DNA from: Candidatus Limnocylindrales bacterium
GTDB taxonomy: Bacteria > Moduliflexota > Moduliflexia > Moduliflexales > JAUQPW01
Direction of reading: 5' to 3'
Assembly: GCA_035559535.1 (NCBI GenBank)
Contig: DATMBG010000012.1
Coordinates: 186,001 to 250,000 of the forward strand
DNA: 64,000 nucleotides
Position 1 is the first letter of the stretch, and each line of letters opens with the position of its first letter. The notes beneath the pieces were generated by a model. The model searched no databases. It was not told where the DNA came from and was given only the letters and a program-made list of their open reading frames with translations. Below, piece by piece: positions 1 through 8,327 of the stretch. Both the position numbers and the translations under genes were made by a program.

Positions 1-127
1 GTCTATTCTCTCTCACCTGCTTCCAGATAAGCAGTGTTCATGATTTTTCCTTATTTAGCTCTTTAAACTAATCGAGCGATAATGTCAACTTGAAATTTTC
101 GAATAAATTAACAAAAAACCTCTTGAG

Positions 128-155
128 GGAACTTTGAAAAAGGAATTTAGTCTAA
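128..155 (+). promoter_or_regulatory. sigmaE/ECF-type promoter upstream of sigma70 paralog 1
   Basis: GGAACTT (128-134), 16-nt spacer, TCTAA (151-155); matches the RpoE-type consensus GGAACTT-N16-TCnAA; ATG lies 6 nt further at 162. Confidence 0.6.
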
Positions 156-161
156 TTAGAC

Positions 162-1031
162 ATGAAAGGCTTAAAACCCCGTAAACTTTCTTCAGAAGCA
201 CCTACAGATAAAATGTTAAAACGTTATCTTCAAGAAATTGGGAATATCCCTTTAACAACCCGAGAGGAGGAAAAAAAACTCGCCGAGGAAATCAAAAAAG
301 GTAATCAGCAAGCCCTCAACCGTTTGGTTGAAGGTAATCTCCGATTCGTTGTCAAAGTAGCCCAGGACTATATGGGATATGGACTGTCTTTCGCAGACTT
401 AATTACCGAGGGAAATTTAGGTTTAATTGAAGCAGCTAAACGTTTTGATCCTTCCCGAGGAGTTAAGTTTGTTTCCTATGGAGTTTGGTGGATTCGGCAG
501 TCCATTTTGCGGGGCTTGTCTGAGCAAAGCCGGACGATCCGGTTACCTATCAAGCAGGGAGATCTCCTTGCTAAATTGAATCGGATTTATCATGAATATA
601 TCCAGGAGAAAGGAGGTCAGGAACCTTCCCTAGAAGATCTGGCGGATCGGTTGGGAATGAAAGAAGAACAACTCCGACAAATCTTGGAAGTTGCCAGAGA
701 ACCTTTATCCCTTGATGCTCCCATGATGGAGGATGATAATGCCACGCTCTTGAATATCATCAGCAGCAAGAATAACCTGGGACCTGAAGAAACTTTAGTC
801 AATCTTACCTTAATTGAGGAGCTTGACAAACTCCTGAATGAGATGAATCCCCGGGAAGCCCTGATTCTAAGATTAAGATACGGAATCGGGGAAGAGGGTC
901 CTATGACATTGGAACAGATAGGGAAAAGGTTAAATCTGAGTCGGGAACGAATCCGCCAGATAGAGCAGCAAGCCAAAGCAAAGCTAAAAAAACGTGCCTG
1001 CGCTAAGAGCCTGGGAGATTACTTAAACTAA
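162..1031 (+). CDS. RNA polymerase sigma70 factor, RpoD/RpoS family, lacking region 1.1 (group 2-like)
   Basis: YLQEIG (region 1.2), NLRFVVKVA, DLITEGNLGLIEAAKRFD, WWIRQSI (2.4), TLEQIG..LSRERIRQIE (4.2). Confidence 0.93.
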   Translation: MKGLKPRKLSSEAPTDKMLKRYLQEIGNIPLTTREEEKKLAEEIKKGNQQALNRLVEGNLRFVVKVAQDYMGYGLSFADLITEGNLGLIEAAKRFDPSRGVKFVSYGVWWIRQSILRGLSEQSRTIRLPIKQGDLLAKLNRIYHEYIQEKGGQEPSLEDLADRLGMKEEQLRQILEVAREPLSLDAPMMEDDNATLLNIISSKNNLGPEETLVNLTLIEELDKLLNEMNPREALILRLRYGIGEEGPMTLEQIGKRLNLSRERIRQIEQQAKAKLKKRACAKSLGDYLN

Positions 1032-1073
1032 GATAAATAATAAATTTTCAGAAAAATTTATAAACTTCAAGAG

Positions 1074-1103
1074 TTGACAGTTGAGAAGTCTTGATAGTAT
1101 ATT
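1074..1103 (+). promoter_or_regulatory. sigma70-type promoter upstream of structured RNA and queG
   Basis: TTGACA at 1074-1079, 18-nt spacer, TATATT at 1098-1103. Confidence 0.45.
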
Positions 1104-1109
1104 CTTCTT

Positions 1110-1245
1110 GAGAAGAGAAAGCTAAAAGTATGCCCTCCTGAAAAGGGGCTTACAGGGCTGACTGTCCTGTTCGCCAACGGGTTCCCCTAAGCTGACCAAG
1201 AGGGAAAGTCCAGCGGCAGGTACGGTTAGCCCTTTGATTTTTGCC
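1110..1245 (+). ncRNA. candidate structured ncRNA, 6S RNA-like
   Basis: GAAA-capped hairpin 1132-1149, then a long stem 1154-1233 (GGGCTGACTGT/ACGGTTAGCCC pairs fully with G-U on the + strand), then a U-rich run; inner sequence resembles the 6S RNA closing stem. Confidence 0.35.
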
Positions 1246-1330
1246 GGTATCCCCCTGCCAAGGTTGATGAAACCATTCTTACCTGTTTCTGATTGCTTTG
1301 TCAAGTTTATTTTTTCGTCTCCATTCAAAT

Positions 1331-2458
1331 ATGTCCTTTACGGAGAAAATTAAGAGCTATGCAGAGTCTTTAGGTTTCGATCTTGTGGGAGTTTCTCCTG
1401 TAGAAGTTCCTTCCCCGGATCGCAAGAAATTTTTTTTACAATGGTTGGAGGAAGGATCTGCAGGAGAAATGGGCTATTTAAAAAAAAATGCAGAGAAACG
1501 TATAGATCCGAGATTAGTTTTACCTCGCGCTCAGTCGATTATCTCCGTAGGCATGAACTATTTTACCGATATTCCCCTCCGGGCCACCTTTTTGGAGAAA
1601 GGAAAGGGATGGATCTCTCGTTATGCCTGGGGAGAGGATTATCATGACCATCTCAAGGAGAAATTGCTGAAGTTATTGGCTTTTATTAAAGCTGAGTCCC
1701 GAAAGCCGGTAGAGGGAAAAGTCTATGTAGATACAGGCCCTGTTTTAGAACGTGAGGTAGGAAGTCAGGCAGGCCTGGGGTGGCAGGGTAAGAATACCAA
1801 CCTGATCTCTCGAAAAATAGGTTCCTGGTTTTTTCTGGGTGAAATTCTCCTGGATGTGGAGCTTACTTACGATGAACCCATCCCAGATTTTTGTGGAACC
1901 TGTAACCGGTGCATCGAAGCCTGTCCCACAGGCGCCATTACCAAACCCTACGTTTTGGATCCTCGTCGTTGCATTTCTTATCTGACCATTGAAGTTAAAG
2001 ATAACATCCCGGTGGAGTCTCGACCTCTTCTGGGAAACCATATTTTCGGCTGTGATATCTGTCAGGATGTCTGTCCCTGGAATCGAAAAGCCCCTGTTAC
2101 TTCGGAAACTTCTTTCCTTCCCCGGGAAGGCTTGGTGGCCCCTTCCCTGCTTTCTCTACTTCGCCTGGGGGAGGAAGAGTTTCGGGCCTTTTTTAAAGGA
2201 AGCCCGATTAAACGCGTAAAAAGAAAGGGGTTTTTGAGAAATGTGGTGGTAGCCCTTGGAAACTCCCGAGACCCGGATCTGGCCAAACCTTTGGAGTTAG
2301 CCTTAAAAGATCCTGAACCTTTGATTAGAAGCCATGCAGCCTGGGCTCTCGGGCAGCTAGGTGGAAGCAAAGCGCAACAGGTCTTAGAAAGAACTCTGAG
2401 TTCTGAGGTAAATCCTCAAGTTATAGAAGAAATTAAACGCGCTCTGGAAACTCTGTGA
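1331..2458 (+). CDS. queG: tRNA epoxyqueuosine(34) reductase QueG
   Basis: ISRYAWGEDYH, YVDTGPVLER, GLGWQGKN, CGTCNRCIEACPT, GCDICQDVCPWN, C-terminal HEAT repeats; ATG at 1331 preferred. Confidence 0.95.
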   Translation: MSFTEKIKSYAESLGFDLVGVSPVEVPSPDRKKFFLQWLEEGSAGEMGYLKKNAEKRIDPRLVLPRAQSIISVGMNYFTDIPLRATFLEKGKGWISRYAWGEDYHDHLKEKLLKLLAFIKAESRKPVEGKVYVDTGPVLEREVGSQAGLGWQGKNTNLISRKIGSWFFLGEILLDVELTYDEPIPDFCGTCNRCIEACPTGAITKPYVLDPRRCISYLTIEVKDNIPVESRPLLGNHIFGCDICQDVCPWNRKAPVTSETSFLPREGLVAPSLLSLLRLGEEEFRAFFKGSPIKRVKRKGFLRNVVVALGNSRDPDLAKPLELALKDPEPLIRSHAAWALGQLGGSKAQQVLERTLSSEVNPQVIEEIKRALETL

Positions 2459-3147
2459 TCTCCATGGAAAAAACCTTCTCTATCATCATCCCGACTTTGA
2501 ATGAGGAGACGACCTTAGAGTTTACTTTGAACTCGATCCCGACCTCTTCCCGCCTGGAAATCATTGTGGTTGACGGAAATAGCCAGGATCGTACCCGAGA
2601 GATAGCATATACCAGGACTTCCCAGGTCTATATCTCTCCACCGGGACGTGCCCGACAGATGAATTTGGGTGCTCAGAAAGCGCAAGGAAAAATCCTTCTC
2701 TTTCTTCATGCCGACTCCATGATTCCTGCGGGAGGACTCGAAGCCATAAGCAAGGCCCTGGAAGATCCCCAGGTGATCGGAGGTGCTTTTCGACTCAGGA
2801 TCAATGCAACCGGTTGGGGTTACCGGCTTATTGCCTGGGGGGCCAATCTACGAACCAGACTCCTGGGACTTCCTTATGGGGATCAGGGTATCTTCATCAG
2901 AAGGAAAATCTTTCAAAAGATGGGAGGATTTCAGGAAATACCCCTTATGGAAGATATCGACCTGGTCCGACGAATGAAAAAGATAGGTTCCCTCCGTATT
3001 CTACCCCAACCCCTGTTAACCTCTGCCAGACGATGGGAAAAAGAAGGCTTGCTCTATACCACGTTACGTAACTGGAGTCTGGCATCCCTTTACCTGCTTG
3101 GGGTCTCCCCCCATAGGTTATATCACTGGTATCGACCTGTTCGCTAA
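2455..3147 (+). CDS. family 2 glycosyltransferase (TIGR04283-like)
   Basis: SIIIPTLNE, VVDGNS, GRARQMNLGA, LFLHAD, YGDQGIF, PLMED, TSARRW; overlaps the queG stop. Confidence 0.88.
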   Translation: MISMEKTFSIIIPTLNEETTLEFTLNSIPTSSRLEIIVVDGNSQDRTREIAYTRTSQVYISPPGRARQMNLGAQKAQGKILLFLHADSMIPAGGLEAISKALEDPQVIGGAFRLRINATGWGYRLIAWGANLRTRLLGLPYGDQGIFIRRKIFQKMGGFQEIPLMEDIDLVRRMKKIGSLRILPQPLLTSARRWEKEGLLYTTLRNWSLASLYLLGVSPHRLYHWYRPVR

Positions 3148-3345
3148 TTCCTAAAAAATCTTTACACTTGACCTTTTTTAAACCATATTATCTAATGACA
3201 CAGGAAAGAAGAGACTGAATAACAACCAGTATTAAGGTTTGCTGGGTAATTCTCAAGGATTGCATAAGTTTCCGCTCCCAGAATCAGCCCTCGGGGTTTA
3301 TAAGATTTCTAAGGGTGTCAGGAAGGTACTTAAATAGGAGAGGAA

Positions 3346-6078
3346 GTGAAGAATTTCATGTCGGTCAGGTGGGAAATTGGTGATAAGATCCAGGGTCGCT
3401 GGGAAGTTTATAAAATTTTACAGGGTCCTATAAGTATTGTCTATTTGGTTCATAACCGGGAATTGAATAAACCCTTTGCCGTCAAGACCCTTCGGGAAGA
3501 AATCTTCACCTATAGCCCCGATATTGCTGAATGTTTTGTGCAGGAAGCCCTGGCTTGGGTTTGTCTGAATGTTCATCAGAATGTTACCAAAGCCCATCTT
3601 GTGCAGAAGATAGGAGGAATTCCCTTTCTGTTCCTGGAATATATTGGGGGGGGAGATTTAAGTGGCTGGATCGGTACCCCACGCTTAATGGAAGATTTAC
3701 CGCAAATTCTGAGATTTGCCATGCAGTTCTGTAATGGAATGACCCATGCTTTATCCAACGGTGTGACGGTACATGGAAATATCAAGCCTCAAAATTGCCT
3801 GATCACAGAGGATAATACTTTAAAAATAACAGACTTCGGTCTGGTGAAGGTGCTGGACCGGATCCGTAAAACGAACGGAGAAGTCGAGAAGGTTGGTGAG
3901 GGGGAGAAAAAGCTCAGTAAATTGCTGGGACGGTTGTTTGGAAAGCTTCCAGCAGCCAGTGAAAAAGAAGTAGAAATCTCCCCTTTACAATATCCCCATA
4001 AGGATCTTAGCCGTCTAGGGTTAGAAGTAGAAACTTTGGCCTATCTGGCACCTGAACAGTTCGAGGATATCACCCATCGAGACGTACGTACAGATATCTA
4101 TTCGTTCGGTGTGATGCTCTTCCAGATGATTACTGGACGACCTCCGTTTGAGGGACAGAGCTGGCAGGAGTTTGAACATCTTCACAAAACCCAGTCTCTT
4201 CCGATACTCGGTCAACAACCCCCAGAGTTAAATAAGATTATTGAAACCTGCCTTGCCAAAGACCCTGTTCGTCGATTCTCGGATTTTCGTACGGTATGGG
4301 AATATCTGACAGAGATCTATGAAAGACTGGTAAAAAAACCTGTCACACCCCTACCCCTTGAAAGGGAGTTGGAACAGAGACCTACCCCTAGGGATAAGGA
4401 AGTAGAGCCGACAGTTGAAAAGGAGCAGGATAAAGAGCAACCACCGACGGCTGAGGAAGCAAGAAAAGAGGTGGCAGAACCGGCCACCGTAATAAAAATT
4501 ACCTACTCCTATCAGGGGAAGGAGGAAGAAAAAGTTTTCCATGATGATGTGCTTATTGGTCGTGCCATGGAAGGTTTAGTGCCTGACGTGGATCTTACTT
4601 CTGACCGATTTGTATCCCGTCTCCATGCCAGGATCTGGATGGAAGAAGGAGCCTGGTGGATCGAAGATCTCGATAGTAATAATGGAACCCGGGTTAATGG
4701 CGAGGAAATTAAAGGAAAAGGAAAATGGCCCCTACCCCGAGGTAACCATCTTATCCGGGTTGGTAAAACCAGATTGCAGATTCAGGTTACAGATCTGCCT
4801 GCATTAGGATCCGAAGAAGCCTCAACTTTCCAAGCCCTGGAACCCCCACCTGAAATCATAGAGGTGTTAGATGCAAATAAGCCGATCTTTCCTGTCGAAG
4901 CTGTTATTGAAAATGCTGCGAAGTGGTTAACATTTTTCTACGAATTACCCTTGAGATTTGCGGAAGAAGTACGCCTGAATGTGTTGTTACAGGAAATTGT
5001 GGAGCGGGCCATGGAGATCGTTCCTAGGTCAAAATGCGGGGCCTTGTTATTCCGAGATCCTTCAACGGGACAGCTTCTGAAAGCCTATCTCTCTGCCGGT
5101 GAACCGGTTGTGAATACGGCCATGGCCCAACAAGCTTTAGAGAATCGTAAAGCTTTTATCTGGTGCCGTAAGGTATACTCACAGAAATCCCCTAAAAATC
5201 CTGTGGACATACCCCTTTCCGATGTAATGGAATTACCTGTTGAATCCGGTATGTGTGCTCCCTTATTGTGGAAGGATAGACCCCTGGGGGTCTTATGCGT
5301 AGATAATCATAAAATCGGTCCAGCTTTTGACAGAAATGATCTGCAGTTGCTGGTGATTATTTCCCACTATGCCGCCATGGCCGTGGCAAATTATAAACGT
5401 CAAGATGAGTTGCAGCGTCATGTGGCTTTGGTGAAAAAATTGTTTCCCACCTTTCCACCTGAAGTCCGTGAAAAATTAGTGGAAAAAACCCATCGAGGTC
5501 GGCTACGGCCCGGTGGTAAAAAAACCAGGGCGACCCTTCTTTACTCGCGCATGTGTGAATTTGCGAGTTTAAGTGCTTCCATGAATGCAAAAGAGGTTCT
5601 GGACTTGCTCAACTATTACCTCACTACATTGGTTAAAATTATCTTCAAATACGATGGCACGATTAGCCGGTGCGTAGACGGTACGATTCTGGCCGTATTC
5701 GGTAGTCCTGAGCCAGATCCCCAACAACAGCAAAAAGCTCTACAGGCAGCGATAGAAATTCAAGCAATCCTGACCAAACTCAATGCCATACGGACCTTGA
5801 GAGGACAGATCAGTTGTAATGTCGGTATTGGAATTCATTTTGGGGAAATAGTGTGTGGTTTCGTGGGCTCGGAGAGCTGGATGGAATTTATCGTTGTTGG
5901 TCCCGCGATCAACCGGGTCTTGTATTACGGCGAAGGAGCCCAGGCCGGTGAGGTAGTGATTAGCCCGGAGATGTATGAACAAATCCAGGGAAAAACCCAG
6001 GCCGAAGCGATAACCCTTTCAACTCCCAAGGGAGAAAAACTTATCGCCTATCGTATTAAAGACCAAAGAATAGGTTGA
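3346..6078 (+). CDS. Ser/Thr kinase-like + FHA + GAF + class III nucleotide cyclase-like fusion protein (both catalytic domains degenerate)
   Basis: AVK, HGNIKPQN, KITDFG, APEQF, DIYSFG; FHA IGR..VSRLHA..DLDSNNGTRVNG; GAF MCAPL..LGVLCVDN..FDRNDL; cyclase GIGIHFGEIVCGFVGS; SD AGGAGAGG before GTG. Confidence 0.85.
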   Translation: MKNFMSVRWEIGDKIQGRWEVYKILQGPISIVYLVHNRELNKPFAVKTLREEIFTYSPDIAECFVQEALAWVCLNVHQNVTKAHLVQKIGGIPFLFLEYIGGGDLSGWIGTPRLMEDLPQILRFAMQFCNGMTHALSNGVTVHGNIKPQNCLITEDNTLKITDFGLVKVLDRIRKTNGEVEKVGEGEKKLSKLLGRLFGKLPAASEKEVEISPLQYPHKDLSRLGLEVETLAYLAPEQFEDITHRDVRTDIYSFGVMLFQMITGRPPFEGQSWQEFEHLHKTQSLPILGQQPPELNKIIETCLAKDPVRRFSDFRTVWEYLTEIYERLVKKPVTPLPLERELEQRPTPRDKEVEPTVEKEQDKEQPPTAEEARKEVAEPATVIKITYSYQGKEEEKVFHDDVLIGRAMEGLVPDVDLTSDRFVSRLHARIWMEEGAWWIEDLDSNNGTRVNGEEIKGKGKWPLPRGNHLIRVGKTRLQIQVTDLPALGSEEASTFQALEPPPEIIEVLDANKPIFPVEAVIENAAKWLTFFYELPLRFAEEVRLNVLLQEIVERAMEIVPRSKCGALLFRDPSTGQLLKAYLSAGEPVVNTAMAQQALENRKAFIWCRKVYSQKSPKNPVDIPLSDVMELPVESGMCAPLLWKDRPLGVLCVDNHKIGPAFDRNDLQLLVIISHYAAMAVANYKRQDELQRHVALVKKLFPTFPPEVREKLVEKTHRGRLRPGGKKTRATLLYSRMCEFASLSASMNAKEVLDLLNYYLTTLVKIIFKYDGTISRCVDGTILAVFGSPEPDPQQQQKALQAAIEIQAILTKLNAIRTLRGQISCNVGIGIHFGEIVCGFVGSESWMEFIVVGPAINRVLYYGEGAQAGEVVISPEMYEQIQGKTQAEAITLSTPKGEKLIAYRIKDQRIG

Positions 6079-6283
6079 GTCTTACTTTTTAATTTTCCCT
6101 CCCTTCCTCCCTCCCTCGTATTCTTAGTTCTTACTTTTTTCTTGACAATAAGTGTTGAATCCATTATGAGTTATTAATCACTTATTTTAGTTTTTAATTG
6201 CCTTTTCTTACTTGAAGATCGCCATGAATTTTGGCTTTTGAGAGAGTCATTTCACTCCATGATGGGGTGTTGGGAGAAAGACC

Positions 6284-8224
6284 ATGAATGACAAGAAAAA
6301 TGAAAAACCAAAGGAAAATGAAGATTCAGAATCTATGGAATTTGAGATTTCAGACGAAGATTACCTTAAAGATCTAGATATTTTAAATACTCTGGAAAAA
6401 GATCAAGAAGAGAACCCGGATAAAGATTTAGATATTTTAAATGCCCTTGAAAAAGATCGGGAAGAGACGAAGGTTTTGGATGAGATGATGACGATGACAG
6501 ATGAAGAAATCATGAAGATGGCGGATATCGACCTGGATCTGGATCAGGAAGACAGTGAAGTCCAAAAGATTTTAGAAAATCTGGATAAGGAAAGTTTTAT
6601 GACCAGCCTGGAGGAGATAGAAAAAGCCGGGGAGACCTTAAGTTTTGTGCAAGATAAAGCTGAAAATATCGGTGAAGAATTTCCTTCAATCTCTGAGGAG
6701 TTAGATAGCGAACAGGTAGTTCCTTTGGTGAAGGAGGCAGGCTCTTTATCCAAGGATTTAACCGAACCTCCAGAGGGAGGGATGGAAGATAATTCTCAAC
6801 TGGATGAGGCAACCCGACTGGTAGAAAAGGAACTCGCCCGCGGCATGGAGGAAAGTTCTTTAGAGGCCGAAAGTGAGTTAGAGGGAGCCGTTACCATGAT
6901 GGCAAAGGATTTCGTCCTCCCGTTGGGTGAAGGTTCTTTAGAAGAAAAAGACGCATTACCATCGGATGAGGCAGATATATTGATGGAAAAGGAACTCCCC
7001 CATGACCTGGAAGAGGGTTCTGGGGGAAGGGTTATCCAACCGGAAGAGGATCTGTTGGTGGAAGAGGAACTTCCTCAGGAGATGGCCGAGAGCGCTCTGG
7101 GAGGTCATTCTTCCCTGGAGGAAGTGGATATACTGGCAGAAAAGGAATTAACCCAAGAGCTGGAGGAGAGTTCTCTCTTGAAAGAAGGACTGTCCGGAGA
7201 AGAATGGGCGGAAACTGGAGATATCTTATTGGAGTCTCCTCCCCAAGAAGAATCTCAACAAGCTGGGCGTGTCATCGATTTGGATAGGATAGCTGAAGAG
7301 GAAAAAGTCGAAGTGCCTGGAGTTGGATTCTTAGAAACCCAAATAATAACCCAGGATAAGCAACCGGAAACTGTAGAGGTATCTCCTGTCGGGTCTGAGA
7401 AGGAAAGGTTAGAGAAATCCAGGGGCCCGGAGACTTCTGAACCAGCCCCTATGGATATATCACCTCGAACATCGGATGTAGACTTGAGATTAAGTGATGT
7501 ACAGATGGCTAAGTTTAAAGACCTGATTCGGAATGCAGAAACCCTTCAAGGGTATATCCAAAAGCTGGAAGAGATCCGGGATCAAGTTAAAGAAAAAGTC
7601 TATCACAAACTCCTCACCGAGTACCAGACCCGCCGGGCTAACATTTTTAAAGACCCAGAATTTATCCAAATGCAGCAGTCTGCCAAGGAAGATCTGGACG
7701 ACTCCAAGGCGAAAAAAGAAGAGTTTGATTTGAAACTGGAAGAGCTCAAGGACGACCTGGAGGAGATTAAAGTCCGACATATGGTGGGAGAATACAGTGA
7801 TGAGGTTCTGCTGGAAAAGGAAGAAGCTAAGAAAAATGAGATTAAGTCCTGGAGTGATCGGATTGCTAAAATTGAATCAACCATTGCCTTCTATCTGGAT
7901 CTCTTAAAGGCTGAAGGACTTAAAGGAATCTCGCTTCTGGAAGAAATGTCCCGGTATACGGAGCAAAAAGAGCCTGAACAGACGGAGAAACAAGGTATCT
8001 CGGCGGGAGTTAGCTCAGATGGATCTTATGAAGGAGAAGGTGACGAGGTGTGGGTCGATATCAGTTCCCATATACCTTCCTTAGAGGATCTATCTTCTGA
8101 GGAGGAAATGCCCGAAGAAATCGATCTCTCTGCTGTGGCTATGGTGAACTGCGATCGCTGTGGAAAGGCTACTCCTGCTAAGGAGAAATTTTGCCTTAAG
8201 TGTGGGGCTAAGCTTAAACGCTAG
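6284..8224 (+). CDS. highly acidic repeat protein with C-terminal coiled coil (CdvA-like) and zinc ribbon
   Basis: Glu/Asp-rich low-complexity N-terminal ~400 aa; heptad region ending LEEIKVRHMVGEYSDE; C-terminal CDRCG..FCLKCG; SD GGGAG. Confidence 0.7.
   Translation: MNDKKNEKPKENEDSESMEFEISDEDYLKDLDILNTLEKDQEENPDKDLDILNALEKDREETKVLDEMMTMTDEEIMKMADIDLDLDQEDSEVQKILENLDKESFMTSLEEIEKAGETLSFVQDKAENIGEEFPSISEELDSEQVVPLVKEAGSLSKDLTEPPEGGMEDNSQLDEATRLVEKELARGMEESSLEAESELEGAVTMMAKDFVLPLGEGSLEEKDALPSDEADILMEKELPHDLEEGSGGRVIQPEEDLLVEEELPQEMAESALGGHSSLEEVDILAEKELTQELEESSLLKEGLSGEEWAETGDILLESPPQEESQQAGRVIDLDRIAEEEKVEVPGVGFLETQIITQDKQPETVEVSPVGSEKERLEKSRGPETSEPAPMDISPRTSDVDLRLSDVQMAKFKDLIRNAETLQGYIQKLEEIRDQVKEKVYHKLLTEYQTRRANIFKDPEFIQMQQSAKEDLDDSKAKKEEFDLKLEELKDDLEEIKVRHMVGEYSDEVLLEKEEAKKNEIKSWSDRIAKIESTIAFYLDLLKAEGLKGISLLEEMSRYTEQKEPEQTEKQGISAGVSSDGSYEGEGDEVWVDISSHIPSLEDLSSEEEMPEEIDLSAVAMVNCDRCGKATPAKEKFCLKCGAKLKR
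6368..6466 (+). repeat. 54-bp tandem duplication inside the acidic protein gene (KDLDILNxLEKDxEE x2)
   Basis: aaagatctagatattttaaatactctggaaaaagatcaagaagag at 6368 and aaagatttagatattttaaatgcccttgaaaaagatcgggaagag at 6422. Confidence 0.85.
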
Positions 8225-8327
8225 CTAAAACAGTTTAAGAGAGAAAAGAATAGAAGTAAAATGAGAAGGTGGAATCCTGGAGATCAGAGGAAAGAAAATT
8301 TCCTGACTCCGGGCTCCTGGTTTAAAA

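Noticed and set aside
1150-1260. cobalamin or c-di-GMP riboswitch, SRP RNA, RNase P or tmRNA upstream of queG
   Set aside because: only fragments match (AAGAGGGAA, GGAAAGTCC); the B12 box, GCAAA motif, SRP helix 8 and tRNA-like ends are absent
1122-1328. 68-aa minus-strand ORF
   Set aside because: no recognisable motif; overlaps the structured RNA candidate
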